Shown here: piece by piece, positions 50,726 to 60,565 of the stretch
How the letters are laid out: every line of letters starts with the position of its first letter
How positions within the stretch are numbered: position 1 is the first letter of the stretch
Origin: Nitrosopumilus sp.
GTDB taxonomy: Archaea > Thermoproteota > Nitrososphaeria > Nitrososphaerales > Nitrosopumilaceae
Direction: 5' to 3'
Assembly (NCBI GenBank): GCA_965214775.1
Contig: OZ243974.1
Location: forward strand, 1,728,001-1,792,000
Length of the DNA: 64,000 bases
Program-made: the position numbers and the translations under genes
Notes under the pieces: generated by a model
Told to the model about the DNA's origin: nothing
What the model saw: only the letters and a program-made list of their open reading frames with translations
The model's database searches: none

Positions 50726-50932
50726 ATGCATGGTGGCACTCCTCGTTTCGAAAAACGACATGAAGTCACCTGCAAATTCATGGGTCATGTCGTCCCGTCA
50801 GAGGACATCAAGAGGCTAAAACCCAGGGATGAGGAGATCGTGTCCGGTACGTGCAAGCGCTGCAACTTCGAGATCACGATACGCAGGGATCCAGAGGATG
50901 ATGACCATTACCTAGTATCAGACGTAGTGTAG
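50726..50932 (+). CDS. Small Zn-ribbon protein
   Basis: CKFMGH...CKRC. Confidence 0.5.
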   Translation: MHGGTPRFEKRHEVTCKFMGHVVPSEDIKRLKPRDEEIVSGTCKRCNFEITIRRDPEDDDHYLVSDVV

Positions 50933-50991
50933 CATACTTGACGACACCAACATCTCGGGGCGGGAGACACGAGCAGGAACAGAGGAATTTC

Positions 50992-51080
50992 TAGTGTGAA
51001 ACAAAAGTTCGTGAAGATCAAGACGTTACGGAGTGCTTCAGAACCCAGTCCAAATTTTCATGAACTTCTGTTTTTCACTA
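50992..51080. mobile_element. MITE-like element with ~24-bp imperfect TIRs
   Basis: TAGTGTGAAACAAAAGTTCGTGAA / TTCATGAACTTCTGTTTTTCACTA. Confidence 0.6.
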
Positions 51081-51126
51081 TGGGATCTACAGGTTTTTCA
51101 TCCACACTGTGGCAGCCTCACAATTA

Positions 51127-51206
51127 TAGACCTTATGCGTATTTGCCAAAAAGGACATGAAAGCTGCCTGATTTTTCTGATTTGCACCGATTACGCATAA
51201 GGTCTA
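51127..51206. mobile_element. IS5-derived MITE (inverse of 45799-45878)
   Basis: TAGACCTTATGCGTA...TTACGCATAAGGTCTA. Confidence 0.85.
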
Positions 51207-51351
51207 CTAAACATGTTACATGCCTACAAGGCAGGCAACCCGAAATGGACGGGGGAGGACGCCGGCAATGCTGCGGCATAATTTCACTACACACGATTGG
51301 TTTTAAGGGATTGGATACTTTTTAATGAACCAAACAGTTTGAAACACCATC

Positions 51352-52095
51352 ATGATTCTCATCAAGCTGGGCGGTTCGGTTATTACCAACAAAGAAAAGG
51401 CTCTGTCTCCCAGAAGAAAGGCCATTGAGAACATGGTCAAAAATCTCAAAAAAGTTGACGAGCCAATGACTGTTGTTCACGGGGGGGGATCATACGGCCA
51501 TTACTGGTCAGTAAAATATGACATGCATACAAAAGAGAGAAAATACGATCTCAGAGGAGTGTCAATTGTCAAAAACTCGATGATAGAATTAAACAAAATA
51601 ATTTTGGATTCAATGATCAAGAACAGGCTGTCGCCCTACTGCCTGCCGCCAACTGACTTTATGTCAGCAAACAAACCAATTGTAAAAAAGGTCAAGGAGA
51701 TAGAAAAGATTGCAAAATCAGGCATGATCCCAGTCACTTTTGGCGATGTCTTGTGGTACGGCCAGAACAAAACATACGTTTTGTCAGGTGACAGAATCAT
51801 GACGCACATTGCAAAAATTCTGAAACCAAGACTGACAATATTTGCGCTAAATGAGGACGGGTTATACTCTGATCTCAAATCAAAAAAACTGGTTGAAGAA
51901 TTGCAGGCAGAAAGGCCCGTTATTTCTGAAAACAAGATGGACGTTACAGGCGGAATGACAAGAAAGGTCGAAGAGGCTACAAAGATTGCAAAAATGGGGC
52001 TGGAGGTATTTTTTGTAAACGGAAACAAGCCTCAACGAATTACAAAAGCGGTTAAAAAGAAGAGGTTCGAAGGGACACTGTTTAGAGGAAGATAA
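51352..52095 (+). CDS. ipk: Isopentenyl phosphate kinase
   Basis: KLGGSVIT, HGGGSYGH, SGD, DVTGGM; operon context. Confidence 0.88.
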   Translation: MILIKLGGSVITNKEKALSPRRKAIENMVKNLKKVDEPMTVVHGGGSYGHYWSVKYDMHTKERKYDLRGVSIVKNSMIELNKIILDSMIKNRLSPYCLPPTDFMSANKPIVKKVKEIEKIAKSGMIPVTFGDVLWYGQNKTYVLSGDRIMTHIAKILKPRLTIFALNEDGLYSDLKSKKLVEELQAERPVISENKMDVTGGMTRKVEEATKIAKMGLEVFFVNGNKPQRITKAVKKKRFEGTLFRGR

Positions 52096-52096
52096 A

Positions 52097-52750
52097 ATGA
52101 CAGAGGAATTCGTGATTTTAGTAGATGGAAATGACAATCCAATCGGAAGAGAGGAAAAAGTAAGATGTCATCTGCCCAATGGCAAGCTTCATCGGGCATT
52201 TACTGTATTATTGCTTGACAGTGACGGGAGATTGGTCTTGACGAAAAGGGCCAAGGAAAAGATGCTGTGGCCAGGCAAGTGGGATGGAACTTTTGCAAGC
52301 CATCCCAGGGAAGGGGAGACATATGTCTCATCTGCAGAAAGAAGAATGCCCGAGGAACTAGGAACGGGCGGAAAGCTGGATTATTTGCACAAGTTCGAAT
52401 ACCATGTTCCCTACAAGGACATAGGTTCAGAAAACGAGGTGTGTGCAACGCTGATTGGAATTGCCAGAGAGCCCGGAAAATTACTGAATATTGAAGGGGA
52501 GGTCGATGAGATCAAATTAATTTCTGCAAGAGACCTGCTTTCAGAAATCAATGAGAATCCAGAGATTTATTGCCCGTGGATGCTAATAGCACTCGAATTT
52601 TTGGAAAGATCAGACGGACTCACGCTCAAAAAATACGAAGATGTGCTATCTGCATCGTGGACAAGCAGTGAAATGCATGATGGACTGCAAAGGGCAATTA
52701 GCGTGCATTTGCCTGGCGACAAATGGAGGTTCATAAATGAAAAAAACTAG
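52097..52750 (+). CDS. idi: Isopentenyl-diphosphate delta-isomerase type 1
   Basis: LHRAF, SHP, EELG, ENE, PW. Confidence 0.9.
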   Translation: MTEEFVILVDGNDNPIGREEKVRCHLPNGKLHRAFTVLLLDSDGRLVLTKRAKEKMLWPGKWDGTFASHPREGETYVSSAERRMPEELGTGGKLDYLHKFEYHVPYKDIGSENEVCATLIGIAREPGKLLNIEGEVDEIKLISARDLLSEINENPEIYCPWMLIALEFLERSDGLTLKKYEDVLSASWTSSEMHDGLQRAISVHLPGDKWRFINEKN

Positions 52751-53717
52751 ACAGATGGAAAAAAACGCAAGAACCGTAAACAGGCACCTGTTTTCGAAAT
52801 TAAAAGGCAATCCAAAGAAACTCTATGACGCTGCAGGACACCTGATTGTTCACGGGGGGAAAAGACTGAGGCCGTTTATGGTAATCAGAAGCTGCCAAAT
52901 CCTTAACGGAAAGACGTCTGATGCGATGCCTGCTGCAAGCGCAGTTGAAATGGTTCACAACTTTACGCTGGTTCATGACGACATAATGGACAATGACGAG
53001 ATGAGGCACGGGGTTCCCACAGTTCATAAAAAATTCGGGATACCGATTGCAATTTTGGCAGGAGACGTATTGTTTTCCAAGGCGTACCAGGTGATAGCTG
53101 ACTCGAAATTGTCGCCGGCTGCCACATCCCGCCTAGTTTCAAGTCTGGCTAAAGCGTGCATAGACGTTTGTGAAGGCCAGCTGCTAGACATGAAAATGGC
53201 CGAAGAGAGAAAGATCCCATCCCAGGCAGACTATATCACAATGATTACCAAGAAGACTGCGGCATTGTTTGATGTGTCATGTGCAATGGGTGCAATTTGC
53301 GCAACAGACAAGACAAAAGACATTTCAAACTTGTCATCGTTTGGAAGAAACCTGGGAATCGCTTTTCAGATCACAGATGACCTGATTGGCGTCATAGGGG
53401 ATCCGAAAATAACCAAAAAACCCGTAGGAAATGATCTCAGGGAAGGAAAAAAATCACTGCCAATCCTGATGGCGCTCAGAGCAGCCAAGGGGAATGATAG
53501 AAAAATCATCCTAAAAGCTTTTGGAAATTCAAGGGCTTCAAGAAGAGATTTGGACGGGGCAGTAGAGGCCATCTGCTCCCTGGGAATCGAGGAGGGCGTA
53601 CGAAAACAGGCTCTAAATTATGCATCAAAGGCAGAAAAATCACTATCAGGGTACTCGGGCGCGGCAAAAAACGACTTGATTGCATTGCTGGATTTTGTAG
53701 TCAAAAGAAGCGTGTAG
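52737..53717 (+). CDS. Polyprenyl (GGPP) synthase
   Basis: GGKRLRP, HDDIMD..RHG, FQITDDL. Confidence 0.93.
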   Translation: MKKTRQMEKNARTVNRHLFSKLKGNPKKLYDAAGHLIVHGGKRLRPFMVIRSCQILNGKTSDAMPAASAVEMVHNFTLVHDDIMDNDEMRHGVPTVHKKFGIPIAILAGDVLFSKAYQVIADSKLSPAATSRLVSSLAKACIDVCEGQLLDMKMAEERKIPSQADYITMITKKTAALFDVSCAMGAICATDKTKDISNLSSFGRNLGIAFQITDDLIGVIGDPKITKKPVGNDLREGKKSLPILMALRAAKGNDRKIILKAFGNSRASRRDLDGAVEAICSLGIEEGVRKQALNYASKAEKSLSGYSGAAKNDLIALLDFVVKRSV

Positions 53718-53929
53718 AAAGACAACATTCGTCATTATTGCAGCTAGTCGTGATGGTGGTGATGGCACCGCCATTACAATGGTTCCTGTGACATTGGAAT
53801 TCAATGGTTATCCAAGTTTGTTCCACTCAACAATCCGTTTGTCCCAAATGCATGCAGTCTCAAGCGCAATCCAGACATTTTTGATGAATCTAGCTGTAAC
53901 TGCAGCTTGACTGATGCCACAAATGTTTG

Positions 53930-54040
53930 GCGGTGGTGGTGGTGATGATGATGATGACGGCATGGTGGTGGGTGATGATGATGACGGCATGGTGGTGGGT
54001 GATGATGATGACGGCATGGTGGTGGGTGATAATAACGGCA
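53930..54040. repeat. 27-bp tandem repeat x3 plus partial copy, built from trinucleotide runs
   Basis: GATGATGATGACGGCATGGTGGTGGGT units. Confidence 0.9.
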
Positions 54041-54131
54041 CTACGAGTTTACCCCTTAGGCGTCACTGGTGTCTGGAGCCTTCATGATCACGCCTGCCAC
54101 ACCGTATCTCAGGTGAGGGGTAAACTCGTAT
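54041..54131. mobile_element. MITE-A copy
   Basis: TACGAGTTTACCCC...GGGGTAAACTCGTA. Confidence 0.85.
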
Positions 54132-54392
54132 CTATGTGTCGGGTTTATAAGAATTCCACGCGCAACAGTCTTCACAGATGTAACTGACTCATGGCAGTGC
54201 AGACGACTGCAGGCGGATCTGCAGACATCATAATCTGAATTGTGTCAAATGTGGGACCGTTTTTCTGGGAGCTTCTAGGAAGACTGCTCTGGGGGAGAGG
54301 CAAACTTTTACCACCCGCAGTCCCATTATCACCGTCTGCACATCAGATTCCTGCCGCCCACGTGCGGAGTAAACGTATTCTTGAACGTCCTT

Positions 54393-54734
54393 TCACCAGA
54401 TGAATCTTGGAGGAAGGCATCGTGTGGGAATGGCAAACCGTTGGAGAGGGCACTCGGTCAGACCACCCGTGTTCTTTCTCACACTGTGCGGCAGATTCGG
54501 AGATCCTCCACATGAACTTTTGACATACGATATCAGTCCCTGCCGTAGGTCGACTTGTGATCGCACACTTAAAAACTCAATCGTGTCACTGTTCCAGTCA
54601 ACATTGTATATTATTCTGTATTTGTTTCCTACATCATCAGCCAAGTGAAATGTAAATGAGAATTGCTGTTTTGTCCTGATATTGAAGCATCGTGCCTCCT
54701 GCCCGGATTCTGTTTTTACCCGACTTTCTGGCAC
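54393..54734 (-). pseudogene. Possible RelE/ParE-like toxin remnant
   Basis: KYRIIYNVDWNSDTIEFLSV resembles the RelE C-terminus. Confidence 0.35.
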
Positions 54735-54804
54735 ATTTCACTTGGCTGGGATTTCAAGTACAGTGTGACGATGTCAGAAAAGATGGCCCGGTCACAGAAA
54801 AAGA

Positions 54805-55017
54805 TTATAAGAGTTTTACAAAGTCATCTTCTGAGATTCCAGCTTGAACAAGAATGCTGCGCAGTGTTGGCATTGCAATTGGAGAGTGTCTTGGAACGGA
54901 GATTATTTTTCCGCCTTTTTTCAAAATCAAGTGACTTCCTCTCTGCCTTGTCACCCCAAAGCCGAACCTGTTCAAAACTCTTATGACCTTGCGCCAATCA
55001 TGATTGTACAGGTTCAT
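54805..55017 (-). CDS. hicA: HicA toxin
   Basis: GF...RQRGSH...VPRH...TLRSILVQAG. Confidence 0.9.
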   Translation of the reverse strand: MNLYNHDWRKVIRVLNRFGFGVTRQRGSHLILKKGGKIISVPRHSPIAMPTLRSILVQAGISEDDFVKLL

Positions 55018-55020
55018 TGC

Positions 55021-55230
55021 CTAGTCTCGAACTATTTCGATGGTAATCGTTCCTGATTTGGAGGATCTTTTAATCTCTTCCAAAACCAATTCGACAGCTT
55101 CTTTCATGTTGGCCTTTAGTTCATCCAAGGTCTTTCCTTCGCTAATTGCCCCTGGAAGTTCCAGACACTGCCCGGTAAACCCCTCAGAATGCTCTGTGAC
55201 TTTGATGTTGTAGACCTGAACCGTCTCCAT
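55021..55230 (-). CDS. hicB: HicB antitoxin
   Basis: LELPGAISEGKTLDELKANMKEAV. Confidence 0.9.
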   Translation of the reverse strand: METVQVYNIKVTEHSEGFTGQCLELPGAISEGKTLDELKANMKEAVELVLEEIKRSSKSGTITIEIVRD

Positions 55231-55273
55231 GTTCTTCTCTATCCATTTGAATAATTAAGGGTTTGTCGTTTTG

Positions 55274-56574
55274 CAGTCTTCCCAGAAGTAACTCAGGGAG
55301 GCACCGGTGGAGGTGGTTGGGGCAGCATCCTATAGTCCGATATGCCGCGCTTGATCACGTCATTGAGGCACTGCTGGGTGATCAGTGGATCCTCGGTGAT
55401 GATCCCCGTCATGATCCTCATCATCGCGTTTGCCATGACCCACGCGTTGAAGACTGCAACCGAGTACACAAAGTACAGCATCCTTGCATCGGGGCTCTTG
55501 CTGTGGGTCCTGACCCTTGCGTTCTCTATCATCCTGTATCCAGTCTCGATCCCCCACCTGCTACTGTACTCGTCCGGATCTATTCCGGACACGTTGGTCG
55601 CAAATCCGATGAGCCGCTCGTGCGCCGGCAGCTTTTCCACATCGGTCTTGCCTGATCTCTTCTTCCTTCTCTTTGTGATGACCATCATGTACCGTGTGGA
55701 TTCGGTGGTGCCGGATATGACCGATTTGACCTCCCTTCTTCTTTTTTTCACGTCGTCATTCTCGTTGAGGGTGGCAACGACTGTATCCGTGTTCTTGCAC
55801 GGTATGATACATCTGACATCGGCCATATCCAGCTCGGAGATGACTGCGGCCGAAAAGAACTCGCGATCCAGCATCACGACTCCGAGCTCGGCCCCCGCGC
55901 GGCGTGCAGAATCGATGATTTTACGCACGAAATCGGCCGTATCCTCAAGGGCCGGCATGTGCAGTGCTCCCAGCACAAGGCGGCAGTGCTTTACGATGCA
56001 CTGTATGGTGATGTAACGCTCAAAGACTATCGTCCCGCTCTTCTTCTTGGAGCGTACAAGCTCACTACCGTACTTTTTGTCATAGCGCGGTATCAGGTGC
56101 ATGTCTATTGCCGCATCCGTCTTTTGGCCATTTGTGATCATCCCCATATCCCTCAGCTGGTTCAGCTGCCGGCCCACGGTTTCTGCAAGGCAGCCTTGGA
56201 TCTGGCCGGGCTTGGATCTTATGGCGACACTGCGGATCCACTCGTCGGTGGGATTGCGGGGCATTCCGGGTACTACCGGCACGTCACGTGCAGACATCGT
56301 GCAGCCTGCCACCTGCCCGTTGGACACGGCCGCGCGCGTCAGGCACCTGATAAAGTTGTCTGCAACATAGATGGCGTTGTGCTTGTCTGATGTCTTGATG
56401 CACGGGGCCATGCCGTCGCTGACGGTCTTTAGGATATCTTGATATATGCGCGGGTTGTTAAGGGCATCACGTCTCAGTTGGTTCTTTTGGTAAGGCATGA
56501 GTACCTTCTGGGACTGCCCTAATTGATCTGTTTCGGTCAAAATTGGCTATTTTGGGTTACTTCTGGGAAGACTG
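55274..56574 (-). mobile_element. ISH3-family insertion sequence
   Basis: TIRs CAGTCTTCCCAGAAGTAAC / GTTACTTCTGGGAAGACTG. Confidence 0.88.
55293..56540 (-). CDS. ISH3-family transposase
   Basis: AAIDMH, LDREFF, YSSRWGIETGYR. Confidence 0.9.
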   Translation of the reverse strand: MTETDQLGQSQKVLMPYQKNQLRRDALNNPRIYQDILKTVSDGMAPCIKTSDKHNAIYVADNFIRCLTRAAVSNGQVAGCTMSARDVPVVPGMPRNPTDEWIRSVAIRSKPGQIQGCLAETVGRQLNQLRDMGMITNGQKTDAAIDMHLIPRYDKKYGSELVRSKKKSGTIVFERYITIQCIVKHCRLVLGALHMPALEDTADFVRKIIDSARRAGAELGVVMLDREFFSAAVISELDMADVRCIIPCKNTDTVVATLNENDDVKKRRREVKSVISGTTESTRYMMVITKRRKKRSGKTDVEKLPAHERLIGFATNVSGIDPDEYSSRWGIETGYRMIENARVRTHSKSPDARMLYFVYSVAVFNAWVMANAMMRIMTGIITEDPLITQQCLNDVIKRGISDYRMLPQPPPPVPP

Positions 56575-56635
56575 AACAAACTAGTTACTATAAAAAAGCC
56601 CGAATCACCATCGACTACAGGAGATCATAGTTATC

Positions 56636-58348
56636 ATGGACGACAAAATAAAAGAGGAGATCCGAAAAATGGCGCTGCAAAATGCGTTTGAGCACGGCAG
56701 CCAAACCCAAGACAAGATAATTTTAGGAAAAATTTTAGGCACAAAGCCGGAATTTAGGACAAAAGTAAAAGAAGTCTCCAAAATAGTTTCAGAAGTCGTT
56801 GCCTCAGTAAATCAGCTATCAGTCAGAGAGCAGCAAGACGAGATTGAAAGGGAATTTCCAGAGCTGCTAAGGCCAAGAGAAAAGGTTCAAGAGAAAGAGG
56901 GGTTGCCCGAGCTTCCAGAGGCAAAACAAGGCAAAGTAGTTACGAGGTTTCCGCCAGAGCCAAACGGCTATCCGCATATAGGACATGCAAAGGCGGCAAT
57001 CATAAACTCCCAATATGCAAAAATGTACGGAGGAAAATTTATCCTGAGAATGGATGATACAAACCCGGAAGCAGAAAGAATGGAATATCACGCGGCCATC
57101 AAGGTTGGGTTGGAGTGGCTTGGAATAAAGTTTGATCAGATAAAGAGCACGTCTGATGACATGGAGGTGTTCTATGAGAAAGGGCTGGAATTGATAAACC
57201 TGGGAAAGGCGTACGTCTGTACCTGTAAAAGGGACGACATTGGAAAAAATCGAAGGGAAAGAAAAGCATGCAGATGCAGTTTTGAAGACATTGAAAAAAA
57301 TAATAAAAACTGGGACAAGATGAATGAAAAGTTCAAGCCGGGGGAGGCCATTGTAAGGTTCAGGGGAGACATGAAGGCAGACAATGCCGTGATGAGGGAT
57401 CCCGTCCTGTTTAGAATCATAGACGGAAAGCACTATACAGTCGGAGACAGGTACAGAGTTTGGCCCAGCTACGATATGGCAGTTGCCATAGAAGACAGCA
57501 TTGACGGAGTGACTCACGCGTTTCGTTCAAAAGAGTTTGAGTTGAGAAAGGAGCTGACTGATGCAATCCTGGATGCCTTGGAAATGAGAAAGCCATACCA
57601 GGGCTTTTTTTCAAGGTTAGAGTTCAAGGGAATGCCGATTTCAAAGAGAGTCATCAAGCCGCTGATTGAACAGGGCAAGGTATCCTGGTATGATGATCCA
57701 AGGCTTCCAACATTAGAGGCGTTGCGCAGAAGGGGAATAAGGCCCGAGGCCATCAGAATATTCATCATGTCATTGGGACTGACAAAGGCAAACACTCTTG
57801 CCCCGTTTGACGCGTTAGAGGCATTCAACAGGAGGCTTGTTGATGCGTCAAGCAAGAGACTGTTCATGGTAACCCGTGCAAAGAAACTGACTGTGAATAA
57901 TTTGCCGCCAACTGCAGTTGAGATTCCAAACCACCCTGTAAATGACATGGGCAAAAGAAGAATCGAGATAGATTCAGGCTTTTACATTGCAGGGGAAGAC
58001 GCCGAGACAATCAAGGAAGGAATGCAGATCAGGCTTTTAGGACTAGGGGACGTTTTAGTGACAAGAGCAGCCGGCTCTGAACTCGAGGGGGATTTTCTCG
58101 TGGATGGCAGTGCAGCAGATGTTCCAAAAATTCAATGGGTGCCGCAAAAAAACGCCCATGAGATAAAGATGATCATTCCAAAAACGCTGTTTGAAGGAGA
58201 GAAATTCAACGAAGACAGCCTAGAAGAATTGCACGCATATACTGAGCCTCACTACCTACAATTAAAAGAAGGGGAAGAGATTCAATTTGTCAGATTTGGA
58301 TATTGCAGAAAAGATTCGCAGAATCAGGCCATTTTTACACACAAGTGA
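56636..58348 (+). CDS. gltX: Glutamate--tRNA ligase
   Basis: TRFPPEPNGYPHIGH, RMDDTNP, ISKR, QFVRFGY. Confidence 0.96.
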   Translation: MDDKIKEEIRKMALQNAFEHGSQTQDKIILGKILGTKPEFRTKVKEVSKIVSEVVASVNQLSVREQQDEIEREFPELLRPREKVQEKEGLPELPEAKQGKVVTRFPPEPNGYPHIGHAKAAIINSQYAKMYGGKFILRMDDTNPEAERMEYHAAIKVGLEWLGIKFDQIKSTSDDMEVFYEKGLELINLGKAYVCTCKRDDIGKNRRERKACRCSFEDIEKNNKNWDKMNEKFKPGEAIVRFRGDMKADNAVMRDPVLFRIIDGKHYTVGDRYRVWPSYDMAVAIEDSIDGVTHAFRSKEFELRKELTDAILDALEMRKPYQGFFSRLEFKGMPISKRVIKPLIEQGKVSWYDDPRLPTLEALRRRGIRPEAIRIFIMSLGLTKANTLAPFDALEAFNRRLVDASSKRLFMVTRAKKLTVNNLPPTAVEIPNHPVNDMGKRRIEIDSGFYIAGEDAETIKEGMQIRLLGLGDVLVTRAAGSELEGDFLVDGSAADVPKIQWVPQKNAHEIKMIIPKTLFEGEKFNEDSLEELHAYTEPHYLQLKEGEEIQFVRFGYCRKDSQNQAIFTHK

Positions 58349-58354
58349 CCAGTC

Positions 58355-59290
58355 ATGAGAATTGCACGATTATTGTTGCTATCATCATCATCAACATCGT
58401 CATCAACGTCATCGTCATCAACATCGTCATCAACATCACCATACAAGTCTAATGAGACATACGGATTTGTAAACGGGGACAAGGTTGCAACAAAAGATGA
58501 AATCGCATACCTTACAGGCGTGCCAATTCCTCAAAATGTAAAAGATTTTTTGTTTGACGGATGGTACGAAGAGATCAAAGGCAGGCTTGACGAGCTGCCA
58601 TATGAAGAAGATCTTTCAAAATTCAAGATTTTGCCGCCAATTCCCAATCCAAACAAGATAATTTGCCTGGCATACAATTACGTTGATCACGCCAAGGAAC
58701 AGGGGCTAAAGGCCCCCAAAGATCCTGCATTGGTAATAAAACCCAGAACTGCGCTAAACAGCACACACTCAGAAATCATATGTCCGGATTTTGTCACCCA
58801 GTTGGATTACGAGGTGGAACTGGCCCTGATTATTGGAAAAAACTGCAAGGACGTTTCAGTAAAAGAGGCACCAGACAAAATTTTCGGATACATGGTATTC
58901 AACGATGTTTCTGCAAGGGACATACAGTTCAAAGACAAGCAGTTTACAAGGGGGAAAAGCTTTGACTCTTTTGCGCCGTGCGGGCCATGGATTACAACGG
59001 CCGATGAAATCAGAGATCCCCAAAATCTAAGACTGACAACGAAAATCAACGGCGAGATCAGGCAGGACTCGTCAACTAGCAACATGTTTATCAAAATCCC
59101 GGAAATAATCTCCAAAATTTCCAAAGTAATGACCCTTGAGAAGGGGGACATCATCTCTACGGGGACACCGGCAGGAGTGATGCTCAACAAACCCAATGCG
59201 GTATTTCTAAAGGACGGAGACAAGGTGGAAATGGAGATAGAGAGTCTGGGCAAACTTTACAACACCGTCAGATTTACAAGATCAGGCTAG
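58355..59290 (+). CDS. Fumarylacetoacetate hydrolase family protein with a Ser/Thr microsatellite insert
   Basis: NYVDH, DYEVEL, NDVSARD, GKSFD, TGTPAGV. Confidence 0.92.
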   Translation: MRIARLLLLSSSSTSSSTSSSSTSSSTSPYKSNETYGFVNGDKVATKDEIAYLTGVPIPQNVKDFLFDGWYEEIKGRLDELPYEEDLSKFKILPPIPNPNKIICLAYNYVDHAKEQGLKAPKDPALVIKPRTALNSTHSEIICPDFVTQLDYEVELALIIGKNCKDVSVKEAPDKIFGYMVFNDVSARDIQFKDKQFTRGKSFDSFAPCGPWITTADEIRDPQNLRLTTKINGEIRQDSSTSNMFIKIPEIISKISKVMTLEKGDIISTGTPAGVMLNKPNAVFLKDGDKVEMEIESLGKLYNTVRFTRSG

Positions 59291-59524
59291 GCAAGGAATT
59301 TTTTTTGACAAATGAAAAGTTAGTCGGCGCTCTAATCCTTCATGGTCTGGCAACTCTTCATTTGTCAGAACTTGAATTCTTTCAAGCCTAGCATCCACGC
59401 CAAAATTTTGCATGTATGACAAAATGTCAGAGGTGGGTTCCAGGCTGTTAGAAAACAATGTCGCAGTTAAAGCATTGTCAAAATGTTCAGATTCTGTCAG
59501 AGCAGATAATATGCTGGTAACCAT
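59282..59524 (-). CDS. Small hypothetical protein
   Basis: ORF converging on the FAH gene; start uncertain. Confidence 0.35.
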   Translation of the reverse strand: MVTSILSALTESEHFDNALTATLFSNSLEPTSDILSYMQNFGVDARLERIQVLTNEELPDHEGLERRLTFHLSKKIPCLA

Positions 59525-59599
59525 ATGTGTCTCAAAAACAAAATTCAGATGGTACCAAGATAAAAGGCAATGCAAACAGACAGATTAGCGCAAAAAAAA

Positions 59600-59795
59600 G
59601 GATATGTGTGAAATCAAAGGCGGAGCAGCAGTATGTCGGCCTGGACGTGCACAAGGAGTCCATCCAGGTCGCGGTGATGGACAAGGACGGCAAGGTCCTG
59701 GGGAATACAAAAATAAGCAACAGGAACAGCGAGATAAGAGAGATGTTTGCAAAGATTCCGGATAACACCAGGTGCGTCATGGAGTCCTCGTATGC
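59600..59795 (+). pseudogene. IS110-family transposase N-terminal fragment
   Basis: YVGLDVHKESIQVAVMD...CVMES. Confidence 0.75.
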
Positions 59796-60095
59796 TAAAG
59801 AAATAGATGGCCTTCAGTCAGTGCATAGTGGACATGCGTGTGAAATGAACGTCATCATCATTATTATTATTGTCATTACAGTTAGAACTTTAATCTGCGT
59901 TGATGTAGTTGAGGGAGATCCTCGTTTAGTAACTGCAGAACGGTTCTGACAAATGGATGAAGAATGGTACTGAGGGAGATCCTCGTATAGATAAGTGTCC
60001 GACCTTCATTTTGTGATTGTCAGGAAGAGACCCCCAGCCAAAGCCATACTTCACAACACCGTTACGCGTGGAATCCTTATAAGCACGACACATAG

Positions 60096-60186
60096 ATACA
60101 ACATCAGGCCCTCCGTAAAATCAGGCGTGAACAGGAAATTTGGATGAATGTTTTACGCCTAGAAAGTTGAGGATCCGGTGTTGTGC
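60096..60186. mobile_element. MITE-D copy (91 bp)
   Basis: Similar along its length to 44193-44283. Confidence 0.75.
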
Positions 60187-60228
60187 TCGATTTATAATTT
60201 AGAACGAATTCAAGTGAAAAATCGAGTT

Positions 60229-60555
60229 ATGCAACAAACTACGTATGGGGGCAACGTTATAGACCACCAGGGGTGGGATGAGGGTTCAGTACGCGTAATC
60301 AGGCATGACTATGTCGGGTTTCTGACGGAGTTTATGGACGCCATGGGCTTTGAGGGCTGGGGCTTTTACTGTCTATACGAATGCAGGCACCAATTTGGCC
60401 ATGATCGCTTTGAGTACACGCTGATCAATGGGGCGACATCCGATGAGAAGCATGACAGAGTAGGAAACGCTGAAACATACGGGCCTACCATGGATCTCAT
60501 CAAGGCATATCTTGGGCATATACATGGCGACCGGCCGTGTCAGTTCAGAATATAG
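60229..60555 (+). CDS. Hypothetical protein
   Basis: ORF; the upstream start in the ORF track lies inside the MITE. Confidence 0.45.
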   Translation: MQQTTYGGNVIDHQGWDEGSVRVIRHDYVGFLTEFMDAMGFEGWGFYCLYECRHQFGHDRFEYTLINGATSDEKHDRVGNAETYGPTMDLIKAYLGHIHGDRPCQFRI

Positions 60556-60565
60556 CGATGAACAC

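Noticed and set aside
53930-54040. CRISPR or genuine ORFs (53808-54041, 53927-54187)
   Set aside because: Spacerless tandem repeat; the ORFs are by-products of trinucleotide runs
59600-59949. Intact IS110 / bridge-RNA system
   Set aside because: Only about 65 codons of the N-terminal domain remain, and no element ends are recognisable
59910-59990. 20-bp direct repeat TGAGGGAGATCCTCGT(T/A)TAG x2
   Set aside because: Two copies in decayed sequence next to an IS110 fragment; no supportable function
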